Of a stretch of 64,000 nucleotides of DNA, positions 17,571 to 26,088 are shown piece after piece. Source of the DNA: an uncultured Candidatus Saccharibacteria bacterium (lineage in GTDB: Bacteria > Patescibacteriota > Doudnabacteria > UBA920); the NCBI GenBank assembly GCA_964473815.1, contig CAYYQK010000005.1, positions 3,847 to 67,846 on the forward strand, read 5' to 3'. Each line of letters starts with the position of its first letter. Position 1 is the stretch's first letter. The translations under genes and the position numbers were made by a program. The notes beneath the pieces were generated by a model that was given only the letters and a program-made list of their open reading frames with translations, was not told the origin of the DNA and made no database searches.

Positions 17571-18251
17571 TTAAGAGCGATCAATCTTATCTAACCATTT
17601 GGAAGCTTTGTCGCGGCCACCAAGGCCGAATGCCAAGCCACCAGCTAAGGCAACCATTGCTACGAAACCTGTGAATAGAATTTGAATCAAGCTGGAAGCA
17701 ATTCCCAATTGAACCAATGCAGCCATCAGGGCGAAGATGACTACTGCCCATTTAGAAATTGTGCTTAAAGCATCAACTGCGGCCTTAGACATCCCAGAAG
17801 CAGTAGCTGTTCCATTAACAACGTTATATACAAAGTTGCCAGCAATTACGCCAAGCGCCAAAATAATAATGGCAACAACAACATTTGGAATGTAAAGCAA
17901 AACCTGGTTCAAGAACGAGGTAACCTGCTCAATATTCAAAATATTTACTACAGCGAGTAAAGTAGCAATGATGAAAAACCATTTCACTACCCAGGCAATC
18001 AGTGCTGTAATACTGATATCTGTGCCCAACTGACGATTGATGCCGGTCTTGTCGACCAAATCATCAATTTTGCCCATATCAAGAACCTTTTTCACCAGCT
18101 TGCCCAAGAAAGAAGCAATGAGCACACCGATGATCAGAACGATAACAGCCGCAATAAATGTCGGCAAACCGTTCAAAAACTGTGACCAAACATTATGCAA
18201 TGATTGTGAAATTGCATCCCCCCAGTTTTGGAAATTTCCATTGGAATCCAT
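17571..18251 (-). CDS. Conserved TM-helix-repeat membrane protein (CmpX/MscS N-terminal-like)
   Basis: LPTFIAAV/IPNVVVAI repeats and C-terminal LAFGLGGRD. Confidence 0.8.
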   Translation of the reverse strand: MDSNGNFQNWGDAISQSLHNVWSQFLNGLPTFIAAVIVLIIGVLIASFLGKLVKKVLDMGKIDDLVDKTGINRQLGTDISITALIAWVVKWFFIIATLLAVVNILNIEQVTSFLNQVLLYIPNVVVAIIILALGVIAGNFVYNVVNGTATASGMSKAAVDALSTISKWAVVIFALMAALVQLGIASSLIQILFTGFVAMVALAGGLAFGLGGRDKASKWLDKIDRS

Positions 18252-18343
18252 GTTTTTATGGTTAATTCTCTTTGCCCCAATATTAACATAAATTTTCATA
18301 TTTGGGTCAAAGTCGGTGGATAACTTTTAGCCTCAAAGAATAG

Positions 18344-18997
18344 CTACAAATATTTCATAACGTCTAAAAATCCGCTCAGTTCTGCCTGAGTTTGTACATA
18401 ACCTTTTACACTTGTTCCCTGACCAATAATAATTCCCAGGTGCAAGTGCTTGCGCTCGCCATCAGTCTCCTTTGAGTATCCAGTGCCGAGCACTGCTATT
18501 TGCTGGCCAGCTTTTAATTCTGCGCCTACTTGAGCAGATACACTAGCGAGACGAATGTGGCCGTAAATAATTTTTACGGCTTTGTTATCGATGGTGCAAT
18601 ACTGGGTCACAACACCGCCGTAACCACTAATTGTACTTTTTGATGCCAGCTTGCCGTTGCAAATTGCATACACTGCGACGTCGGCATTAGCTTCTTCGGG
18701 AAAAGTTTCAAAATCTGTGCCGCTATGGAAACCAGTAAAACGCTCTGGTCGCACTGGAGAGGTTTTTGGAGTGATATAAATCCCAAACGGCTTCTTAGTC
18801 ACTCGTTCTTTGGCCCGCGAGATTGGTGCTACTACCTCTGTATGAGTTTCTTTGGATTGAGACGATGTTTGGTTAGTATTAGCATTGTTTGTTGCAGAGG
18901 TAGAATTTACAGGCGAATTGGTATTAACCGATTTCCCACAACTTACGGCAAGCAAAACTAGCGCAGCTGTGGCTGCGAAAATCATTTTTATATTCAT
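18344..18997 (-). CDS. M23-family peptidase lipoprotein
   Basis: Lipobox AVSC; HSGTD, YGH and HLH motifs. Confidence 0.85.
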   Translation of the reverse strand: MNIKMIFAATAALVLLAVSCGKSVNTNSPVNSTSATNNANTNQTSSQSKETHTEVVAPISRAKERVTKKPFGIYITPKTSPVRPERFTGFHSGTDFETFPEEANADVAVYAICNGKLASKSTISGYGGVVTQYCTIDNKAVKIIYGHIRLASVSAQVGAELKAGQQIAVLGTGYSKETDGERKHLHLGIIIGQGTSVKGYVQTQAELSGFLDVMKYL

Positions 18998-19004
18998 AGT
19001 GTTA

Positions 19005-20402
19005 TCAATTTAACAACAAAGAGATGATAGCAGCGCCACCTGAAATCACCATGAGCCAAACCACTACCCATCCGATTGCCGTGGTGAAACGTCGATTGGT
19101 CCACCTACCCATCAGTTCTTTATTGCTACTGATGCGCACAACAAAAAATAAAATTACCGGAGCAATTACTCCGTTTAAAACGGCAGAATAAATTAAAGCT
19201 TTAATGGGATTAATGCCTGTGAAATTCATAAGCAAGCCCAAAACCATTGCGATAATAATTACTCCGTAAAAACTATGGGCGCTTTTTAATTTGCGGTACA
19301 AGCCTTCTTTCCAGCCAAATGTTTCAGCCATAGCATAAGCTGCACTACCAGCTAAAACTGGAGCTGCTAACATACCTGTACCAATGATTCCCAGCGCAAA
19401 GAGTATATAAGCCTGCTGACCTGCGATTGGCCTGAGGGCGATCGCTGCCTCTTCGGCCGAAGTAACCATAATTCCCGCTGGAAACAATGTGGCCGCACAG
19501 GTTACTACAATGAAAAACATTACTGAGTTGGACAAAAACATACCAAACCAAACATCAGTGCGCATCTTTTTAACTTGATTCTTAGTCAGATCGTTATGGC
19601 GCAATCGCGCATGGCCTTTATGTCCTAAAGAGGCTAAGTGGCGGTCTTCGACTTCCTGCGATGTTTGCCAAAAAAATAAATATGGCGAGATGGTGGTTCC
19701 TAAAATAGCACAAATTAGCAGCAATGAATCTTTGGAAAGAACAAAACTTGGTACCAGAGTTTGCTTCAAAATGACTTGCCAGTCTAAATTTGGTATTACA
19801 AAAGCTGTCGCTACATATAACAACAAGATGAACGACAAATATTTTAAATATTTAGCATATCGTGAGTAGCTAACAAAAATTTGCAGCCCCAAACTTATGA
19901 TCGTAAAGAATAAAATCGCCACTATAAAAGGTAAGCCATGAAAAATCAACTGTGAGGCCTTAGACATTGCTCCCAAATCTGCGCCTAAGTTGAAGGCATT
20001 GGCAATAAATAATAGTCCGGATACAAAGTACAAAACCTTCGCAGAGTACTGCCCACGAATATTTTTTGCTAGCCCTCGGCCTGTAGCCATACCAATACGA
20101 GCGCACATTTCCTGCACCGTAGCCATAAGGGGGAAAGTAAACAATGCTAACCAGGTTAACTGAAAACCAAATTGCGCTCCAGTTTGTGAGTATGTAGCAA
20201 TTCCTGATGGATCATCATCCGAAGCACCAGTGGTTAAACCAGGCCCTAAAGATTCCCAATAATTTTCCGCTTCCTGTAACAGGGGCTTTTTGCTAAATAC
20301 ATGCGTACTTAAAACTTTTGCATCTTTAATCGCCTCATCCAATGCTTTTGCAGGAGTTTCGGCGACTTCGGTAACTACTTCATCAATCTTTTTTGTATTC
20401 AT
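19005..20402 (-). CDS. NRAMP-family divalent metal cation transporter
   Basis: LGPGLTTGASDDDPSGI and GTTISPYLFFWQ motifs; many TMs. Confidence 0.9.
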   Translation of the reverse strand: MNTKKIDEVVTEVAETPAKALDEAIKDAKVLSTHVFSKKPLLQEAENYWESLGPGLTTGASDDDPSGIATYSQTGAQFGFQLTWLALFTFPLMATVQEMCARIGMATGRGLAKNIRGQYSAKVLYFVSGLLFIANAFNLGADLGAMSKASQLIFHGLPFIVAILFFTIISLGLQIFVSYSRYAKYLKYLSFILLLYVATAFVIPNLDWQVILKQTLVPSFVLSKDSLLLICAILGTTISPYLFFWQTSQEVEDRHLASLGHKGHARLRHNDLTKNQVKKMRTDVWFGMFLSNSVMFFIVVTCAATLFPAGIMVTSAEEAAIALRPIAGQQAYILFALGIIGTGMLAAPVLAGSAAYAMAETFGWKEGLYRKLKSAHSFYGVIIIAMVLGLLMNFTGINPIKALIYSAVLNGVIAPVILFFVVRISSNKELMGRWTNRRFTTAIGWVVVWLMVISGGAAIISLLLN

Positions 20403-20465
20403 TTTGTTTTTGATATTGATTTCAATCAGACATTTACCTCTATATATTATGGCAACTGAGCACTT

Positions 20466-20494
20466 TTGACAAATTTGCCCATAAAAGCTATAAT
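20466..20494 (+). promoter_or_regulatory. Consensus sigma70 promoter TTGACA-N17-TATAAT for infC-rpmI-rplT
   Basis: Perfect boxes at 20466-20471 and 20489-20494. Confidence 0.85.
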
Positions 20495-20504
20495 TAGGCC
20501 ACGA

Positions 20505-21014
20505 ATGCAAACAACTCGCGTTAATCACCAAATCACCGCACCCGAGCTCCGCCTCCTCAATGATGAAGGCGAGCAATTGGGTGTGATGTCGTTATCAGAG
20601 GCTTTAAAATTAGCTGAAGAACACGGCCTTGATTTAGTGGAAATTTCGCCTCAAGCCCGACCGCCGGTGGTCAAACTAATCAGTTATGATAAGTTTAAAT
20701 ACCAGCAGAAGAAGCTTGAGCAGCAGCAAAAAAAGAAAGTCAAAAAAGTGGAAGTGAAAACGGTCCGCCTTTCGGCTAAAATCGCGACGCATGATATTCT
20801 AACCAAAGCCCGTAAAGCCGACGAATTTCTCACCGACGGTGATTGGGTGAAGTTGGAACTTCGCATGCGCGGTCGCGAACAAGCTTTTCTTGACGTAGCG
20901 CAGCAACAGATTGAAGCATTCCGGCAAGCTTTAACCGTCCCCTATCGAGTTGAAGTCGAAGCCAAAAAGATGGGCAATACGTTAAGTATGATCATCGCTC
21001 CATCAACTAAGTAA
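20505..21014 (+). CDS. infC: Translation initiation factor IF-3
   Basis: NHQI...LDLVEISP...PPVVK and RMRGRE motifs; upstream of rpmI-rplT. Confidence 0.97.
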   Translation: MQTTRVNHQITAPELRLLNDEGEQLGVMSLSEALKLAEEHGLDLVEISPQARPPVVKLISYDKFKYQQKKLEQQQKKKVKKVEVKTVRLSAKIATHDILTKARKADEFLTDGDWVKLELRMRGREQAFLDVAQQQIEAFRQALTVPYRVEVEAKKMGNTLSMIIAPSTK

Positions 21015-21025
21015 TTACATTTCAA

Positions 21026-21220
21026 ATGCCTAAAGCAAAAACCCATAAAGGAACTACCAAGCGTTTGCGCAAGACTGGTACTGGCAAGTTGATGCGTCGC
21101 ACTGCTGGCCAAGACCACTACAACTCTCGCGAAAGCGGTAAGGTAACCAAGAATAAACGCCGTGATACAGAAATGAGCAGCGCAAATCGCCGCTTAAAAT
21201 CACTATTGGTTCATCAATAA
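21026..21220 (+). CDS. rpmI: 50S ribosomal protein L35
   Basis: [13 protein letters not shown]...TGTGK; gene context. Confidence 0.96.
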   Translation: MPKAKTHKGTTKRLRKTGTGKLMRRTAGQDHYNSRESGKVTKNKRRDTEMSSANRRLKSLLVHQ

Positions 21221-21246
21221 TTTTCAAATTTAACTGATTTAAAGAC

Positions 21247-21594
21247 ATGACAAGAATTAAACGTGGTGTTGCTGCAAGCAAGCGCCGCAAAAATTTACTG
21301 AAGCGCGCGAAAGGATTCGACAACCGTCGTTCCACTAACTTTCGCCAAGCTCGTGAAGCTCTCTTAAAAGCTGATACCTATGCTTACCGTGATCGTCGCA
21401 ACAAAAAGCGTGATCAACGCGCTATCTGGTTGGTACGCCTTGGTGCTGCTCTCCGCGATAACGGAACTACTTGGAGCAAATTCGCAGCTGTACTGAAAAA
21501 AGAAGGTGTAACCTTAAACCGCAAAGTACTTTCTGAAATGGCCATTAAAGCTCCGGAAAGTTTCGACAAAATGGTTGCAGAGCTCGCAAAGTAA
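21247..21594 (+). CDS. rplT: 50S ribosomal protein L20
   Basis: MTRIKRG, YAYRDRRNKKRD and LNRKVLSE motifs. Confidence 0.98.
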   Translation: MTRIKRGVAASKRRKNLLKRAKGFDNRRSTNFRQAREALLKADTYAYRDRRNKKRDQRAIWLVRLGAALRDNGTTWSKFAAVLKKEGVTLNRKVLSEMAIKAPESFDKMVAELAK

Positions 21595-21611
21595 AATATA
21601 CTTTATAAATT

Positions 21612-21639
21612 AAAAACTCCCCGGCTGGGGAGTTTTTTT
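21612..21639 (+). terminator. Bidirectional intrinsic terminator
   Basis: aaaactcccc-ggct-ggggagttttttt between convergent genes. Confidence 0.8.
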
Positions 21640-21648
21640 GAATCAGGT

Positions 21649-22224
21649 TTACTTGTTGGCGTTTGTGTTAGCAGCTGGAGTAGTATTTGCTGGAGTGTTT
21701 GCAGCTGGAGTATTGGTGTTCTCTGCTGGTGGATTAGCTTTGTACTCGTTAATCTTCTTCACTACCTGACCATCTGACTTCATGTCTTCGTAGAACAAAA
21801 TCTGATCACGATTAATCTTCATTTCGTCGACTGGACCATGCAATTCCTTACCTAGCTTAACCAAAAGCAATTGCTGATTCTGTTGATTCTGAGCTTGTTG
21901 TTGGTTCAAACTATTTGCTGCATCGGTTGGCGGTGGAGTTTGGGTAACCTGCAAGTAGTAGATATCCCGCAAAGTTGCATAAGAAGCTGTCATACCAGAT
22001 AGCTTACCAAAGTAAACTTGACCATTAGTCAAGAATACTGCCTGGTATCCTGAGTTTGATTCGGTTTGTTCTGTTCCCTTTACATTGCTCGATTGGCTTG
22101 GGAACAAGCGATTGCGGAATAGCACTCCAAGGACAACGATCACTAAGAGGACTACCGCCAAGATGACCCAAGGCATGGCATTAGCGCCGCCGCGTCGAGG
22201 CATCATGTTATTGTCATCAGACAT
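21649..22224 (-). CDS. Hypothetical membrane-anchored protein (YQAVFLTNGQVYFGKL type)
   Basis: N-terminal TM and C-terminal PAANT repeats. Confidence 0.75.
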   Translation of the reverse strand: MSDDNNMMPRRGGANAMPWVILAVVLLVIVVLGVLFRNRLFPSQSSNVKGTEQTESNSGYQAVFLTNGQVYFGKLSGMTASYATLRDIYYLQVTQTPPPTDAANSLNQQQAQNQQNQQLLLVKLGKELHGPVDEMKINRDQILFYEDMKSDGQVVKKINEYKANPPAENTNTPAANTPANTTPAANTNANK

Positions 22225-22273
22225 TTAAATTTCCCTTTCTTTTGTATTTGTTACTATTAGAGATTTAGTGTTT

Positions 22274-23131
22274 TTATTGTAGCACGTTTGGAGCTTGTCC
22301 AGAAGGCTGAACTGTGGATTCCCCGGCGACAGCTGGAGCGGGATTATAAAAGGTTTTAGGAGTGTAGTAAACAGTTTGGGATTCTTGTGGATGGCCCAAC
22401 AAGGTGCCACTGATAGCACTAATAATTAGAAACGCCACTGCTGCCAAAGCTGATGTTGCCGCGAGCCAAGTGATGACCGTGAATTCTGGCTTTGGTACTT
22501 TAAATGGAATAGATGGAGCTGGTTCCGGTACCGACTGGCTCGGTTCTGTTAAAAATTGAGGATTTAGATCAAAATTCGATACATATGAATGTTTCAGCGA
22601 ATGGTGCTTTTGCCATATATCCGAAAATTCCTGAGCTTTTAGGAGTTCTGAATGGCGAGAAACTTCGGTCATTAGACGGTTAAGCATTTCTCGTAGCTCG
22701 GTCACTTCTCTTTGCAAAGCCTGAATGCGCATATTGGTGGCAATACTTTGCACAGTATTTGATTTAACTACCGGAGTAGCCACAGTGCGAATGGAAATTG
22801 GCAAACCTTCTACTTCACTCACTGTGATGCTTGGGAAAAGGTCTGGTAAGGCTTGTGAAAGCGGATCATTTTCTACACTAGTTACTTCTTGTAATTCTGC
22901 TGTTGCTTCCTGGACTTCATCAGATGAATCGTTTGGATCGTTCATTACCAAGTTGCCAGATAAATTGTTTAGCGCTTCCTGAGAAGTAAACCAGTTACGC
23001 CCCACCTTCTTCGCTGGTAAACGGCCTAAACGACAAAGCTGCCCCAAATAATCTTGGTGGTAGCCAGTTAGTTCAGCTGCTTTAGAAAGTGAAATTAATG
23101 ATGGATTGTTTTGAATATTTGTTTCAAACAT
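22274..23131 (-). CDS. Helix-turn-helix (excisionase/MerR-like) domain protein with a coiled coil and C-terminal TM
   Basis: ISLSKAAELTGYHQDYLGQLCRLGRLPAKKVGRNW. Confidence 0.75.
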   Translation of the reverse strand: MFETNIQNNPSLISLSKAAELTGYHQDYLGQLCRLGRLPAKKVGRNWFTSQEALNNLSGNLVMNDPNDSSDEVQEATAELQEVTSVENDPLSQALPDLFPSITVSEVEGLPISIRTVATPVVKSNTVQSIATNMRIQALQREVTELREMLNRLMTEVSRHSELLKAQEFSDIWQKHHSLKHSYVSNFDLNPQFLTEPSQSVPEPAPSIPFKVPKPEFTVITWLAATSALAAVAFLIISAISGTLLGHPQESQTVYYTPKTFYNPAPAVAGESTVQPSGQAPNVLQ

Positions 23132-23213
23132 GTTTGGAGGTTAGCAATATTATAACACATTTCCATACTTTTTACTCTTGACGCCGCGATTAAATTGTTA
23201 GTATGATAAAAAT

Positions 23214-23696
23214 ATGCCACGACCTCTCTCTGACTTGTCCCGTCATATTCTAATTTTGCTCAATGATAAGGGCCCTTTAATGCTGCACCAGTTGTATGAA
23301 TTCTGCCCTGATGACGCCAGCAAGAAAAAAGTTTACGACACTGTCTTCCGTTTAACCGGACAGAGTTTAGTCGATTTAGCCAATGACCGTTATTCAATTT
23401 CTGAGGAAGGCAAAATCTTAATCCACACTATCGACAAAAAACGTGACGGTGTGTGGAAAATTATTATTTTTGATATTCCCGAAACCAAGCGTTCGGTTCG
23501 GAATGTGCTGCGTTCTAAATTGACCTCGCTTGGTTTTAAAAAGTGGCAGAATAGCATTTGGATCTCGCCGTTTACTTTGGCTCCTGAAATCGAAGAAGAA
23601 TTGAATCAGTTGGCAAAACACTTCTTCATTCGCTTAATGAAAACTACAGAAATTAACGTCACTGATGACTTAGAAAAAATGTTCGCGGATGAGTAA
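23214..23696 (+). CDS. PaaX-like transcriptional regulator
   Basis: Winged-HTH N-terminus; DGVWKIIIFDIPE and LGFKKWQNSIW motifs. Confidence 0.75.
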   Translation: MPRPLSDLSRHILILLNDKGPLMLHQLYEFCPDDASKKKVYDTVFRLTGQSLVDLANDRYSISEEGKILIHTIDKKRDGVWKIIIFDIPETKRSVRNVLRSKLTSLGFKKWQNSIWISPFTLAPEIEEELNQLAKHFFIRLMKTTEINVTDDLEKMFADE

Positions 23697-24462
23697 ACCA
23701 ACGGGCAAAATCGGTATTTTCGATTCTGGCCTTGGCGGACTCATTATTCTAAAATCAATTCGAAAGCTATTACCGCAATACGATTACGTGTTCTACGGTG
23801 ATACTAAAAATCTCCCGTATGGTACCAAAACCCAACGGGAGATTTTTGATTTAACAATTGCCGGCATTCAAGAGTTGCGTCGCCAGGGTTGTATTTTAAT
23901 TATCATTGCTTGCAATACTGCGTCAGCAAAGGCATTGCGAAAAATTCAACAACAGTGGCTACCGAAAAATGCCCCGGACACAAAAGTTCTGGGTGTAATT
24001 GTTCCAACGATTGAATCACTGAAAAAGAAAGACTTCCCTGCGATCTTAATGGCTACGGAAAGCACGGTGAAATCGAAAGTTTATCAGAAGGAATTAAGTA
24101 AGATTATTTCAAAACTTCACTTAATTGATTTACCTGCACCGAAGTTAGTCCCTTTGATAGAGGCTGGGAAAATTGCTGCCGCAGCTACTGAGGCGAAAAA
24201 AATGGTTTCGGGCAAAGCCGGTAAGGCCAAGACTTTAGTTTTGGGATGTACTCATTATCCCTTACTAAACAAACAACTAAGGGACGAATTTCCAAAACTT
24301 AAAATTATTGACCAAACGAAGATCATTCCAGCCGCATTGAATAAATATATAAGCAAACATCAAGAAATAAAAATACAGTTATCAAATTCGGGTAAGGTTA
24401 AAATTTTGTTTTCGGAAATTACCCCAACAAACACAAAACTAGCAAAAAAGTGGTTCAAATAA
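23689..24462 (+). CDS. murI: Glutamate racemase
   Basis: FDSGLGG, PYG, ACNTAS and LGCTHYP motifs. Confidence 0.96.
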   Translation: MSKPTGKIGIFDSGLGGLIILKSIRKLLPQYDYVFYGDTKNLPYGTKTQREIFDLTIAGIQELRRQGCILIIIACNTASAKALRKIQQQWLPKNAPDTKVLGVIVPTIESLKKKDFPAILMATESTVKSKVYQKELSKIISKLHLIDLPAPKLVPLIEAGKIAAAATEAKKMVSGKAGKAKTLVLGCTHYPLLNKQLRDEFPKLKIIDQTKIIPAALNKYISKHQEIKIQLSNSGKVKILFSEITPTNTKLAKKWFK

Positions 24463-24516
24463 TAAAGCCGATCCCAAATCTGGAATCGGCTTTTCATTTC
24501 GGAGTACTGAAAACAT

Positions 24517-24894
24517 TTAGACCGTTGCGTTTTTTGTCTCTGACCAAAAAGCTTGGATCAGGGAGACGTCAGGAGGAATGCTAAAATTAATCAGCGTCGC
24601 AGTTTTTTCCCTGAACCCCGTTGATAGGCACCGGGAGCTGTCCTCAAGTAGAAACAGTTTAGCCTTAGGATTCCTTCGCTGAACCGATTGTGCAATTTCG
24701 GCGCTATCCGGCGTGGTACCGTGGGCCTTCATTTCCTCAAATGCCACCATGTCGTAATCGAAATGGCGGGCTAAGACATCTGCCGACTGCAAGGTCGTCC
24801 CGACGTGAACTTCCTTGGTTAAGAAAAACTGCTGCAAACAATCTGATATAAAATCAGGGTTTGTGCTAATTACTAAAATTCTTTCGGAACTCAT
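24517..24894 (-). CDS. Hypothetical protein, possibly a degenerate receiver-domain fold
   Basis: RBS gaggtg; alternating beta/alpha pattern without the canonical Asp residues. Confidence 0.45.
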   Translation of the reverse strand: MSSERILVISTNPDFISDCLQQFFLTKEVHVGTTLQSADVLARHFDYDMVAFEEMKAHGTTPDSAEIAQSVQRRNPKAKLFLLEDSSRCLSTGFREKTATLINFSIPPDVSLIQAFWSETKNATV

Positions 24895-24960
24895 ATTTCA
24901 CCTCGTGTTGGATTGTCGATTCTGAATCGTATCACAATTACTCAGATTATTCAACCCATC

Positions 24961-24990
24961 AAAAAAGAGCCTACGAAAGGCTCTTTTTAT
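24961..24990 (-). terminator. Intrinsic terminator after nrdB
   Basis: aaaaagagcct-acgaa-aggctcttttt. Confidence 0.75.
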
Positions 24991-25005
24991 ATTAAATTAT
25001 GCGGA

Positions 25006-26040
25006 TTACCAATCCAATGTTCCACCAGTCTGATACTCGGTCACGCGGGTTTCAAAGAAGTTCTTTTCTTTATTCAAGTCTACGGCTTCACTCATCCATG
25101 GGAATGGATTCGACACGTTAAACTGTGTTGGCAAACCAACGCTGGCCAAACGACGATCAGCAATGTGTTCGATGTACTGCTTAAAGCCCTCGGCATTCAT
25201 CCCAAAGATTCCCTTAGGGAAAACGGTCTGTGCAAAAGTGTATTCCAACTTCGCCGCTTCTTTAACCAGATCAATTACATGCTGCTGGAATTCCGGAGTC
25301 CAAACCTCTGGTTGTTCTTCTTTAATTGTATTGATCAAATAGATTCCAAAATTCAAGTGCATGGACTCATCGCGCATGATGTACTGAATCTGTTCAGCGC
25401 TTCCCACCATTTTCTTTTGACGCTGGAAACCGAACATTACGGCGAACGCGCTGTAGAAAAAGATGCCTTCCATAATCAAAGAGAATACAACGATATTTTC
25501 CAAAAACTTTTGATCAGCTTCTAAAGTTCCAGTCTTAAAGTTAGGATCGAAAATACCTTCGTTGAAAGTCAAAATGAAAGATGCCTTATTGTAAATCGCA
25601 TCAACTTCGCGGTACATGTTGAAGATCTTACCTTCATCCATAGCCAAAGATTCCACAATATATTGGTAGGAGTGCGTATGGATAGCTTCTTCGTAAGCTT
25701 GGCGAAGCAAGTACATGCGACATTCCGGCGAAGTGATGTGTTTATACGCTGCCATAACGATGTTGTTGGCAGCAATTGAATCACCGGTCGTGAAGAATCC
25801 TAAGACCGTTTCCAAAGCCTGGCGTTCGTCTGCATTCAAAACATTATTAGACTTCCACTGCTCAATATCCATCTGCATGGAAATTTCGGTTGGCAACCAG
25901 TGGTTAGCATTAGCAGCCAAATAACTTTCCCACGCATAAACATGCTTCATTGGGTAAAGCTGAATTACATCGGCATCTTCCCCGTTAATGACCCGGCGCT
26001 TGTTAATATTAACTCTCTGATCAGTTTTAGTGATTGGCAT
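25006..26040 (-). CDS. nrdB: Class I ribonucleotide reductase beta subunit
   Basis: EEAIHTHSY, EGIFFY, RDESMH and NFFETRVTEY motifs. Confidence 0.96.
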   Translation of the reverse strand: MPITKTDQRVNINKRRVINGEDADVIQLYPMKHVYAWESYLAANANHWLPTEISMQMDIEQWKSNNVLNADERQALETVLGFFTTGDSIAANNIVMAAYKHITSPECRMYLLRQAYEEAIHTHSYQYIVESLAMDEGKIFNMYREVDAIYNKASFILTFNEGIFDPNFKTGTLEADQKFLENIVVFSLIMEGIFFYSAFAVMFGFQRQKKMVGSAEQIQYIMRDESMHLNFGIYLINTIKEEQPEVWTPEFQQHVIDLVKEAAKLEYTFAQTVFPKGIFGMNAEGFKQYIEHIADRRLASVGLPTQFNVSNPFPWMSEAVDLNKEKNFFETRVTEYQTGGTLDW

Positions 26041-26088
26041 CTCTTTTCTTTCTGATTAATTCTATTATTTCGTTCTGATTCGTCCTGA

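Noticed and set aside
23214-23696. Cas2-like motif (IIFDIPE...QNSIW) suggesting CRISPR
   Set aside because: It is fused to a winged HTH as in PaaX-like regulators; no cas1 or repeat-spacer array was seen in the window.
24913-25524. 203-aa plus-strand ORF and similar long antisense ORFs (e.g. 52940-53578)
   Set aside because: Shadow frames opposite well-supported genes (nrdB, ferric reductase).
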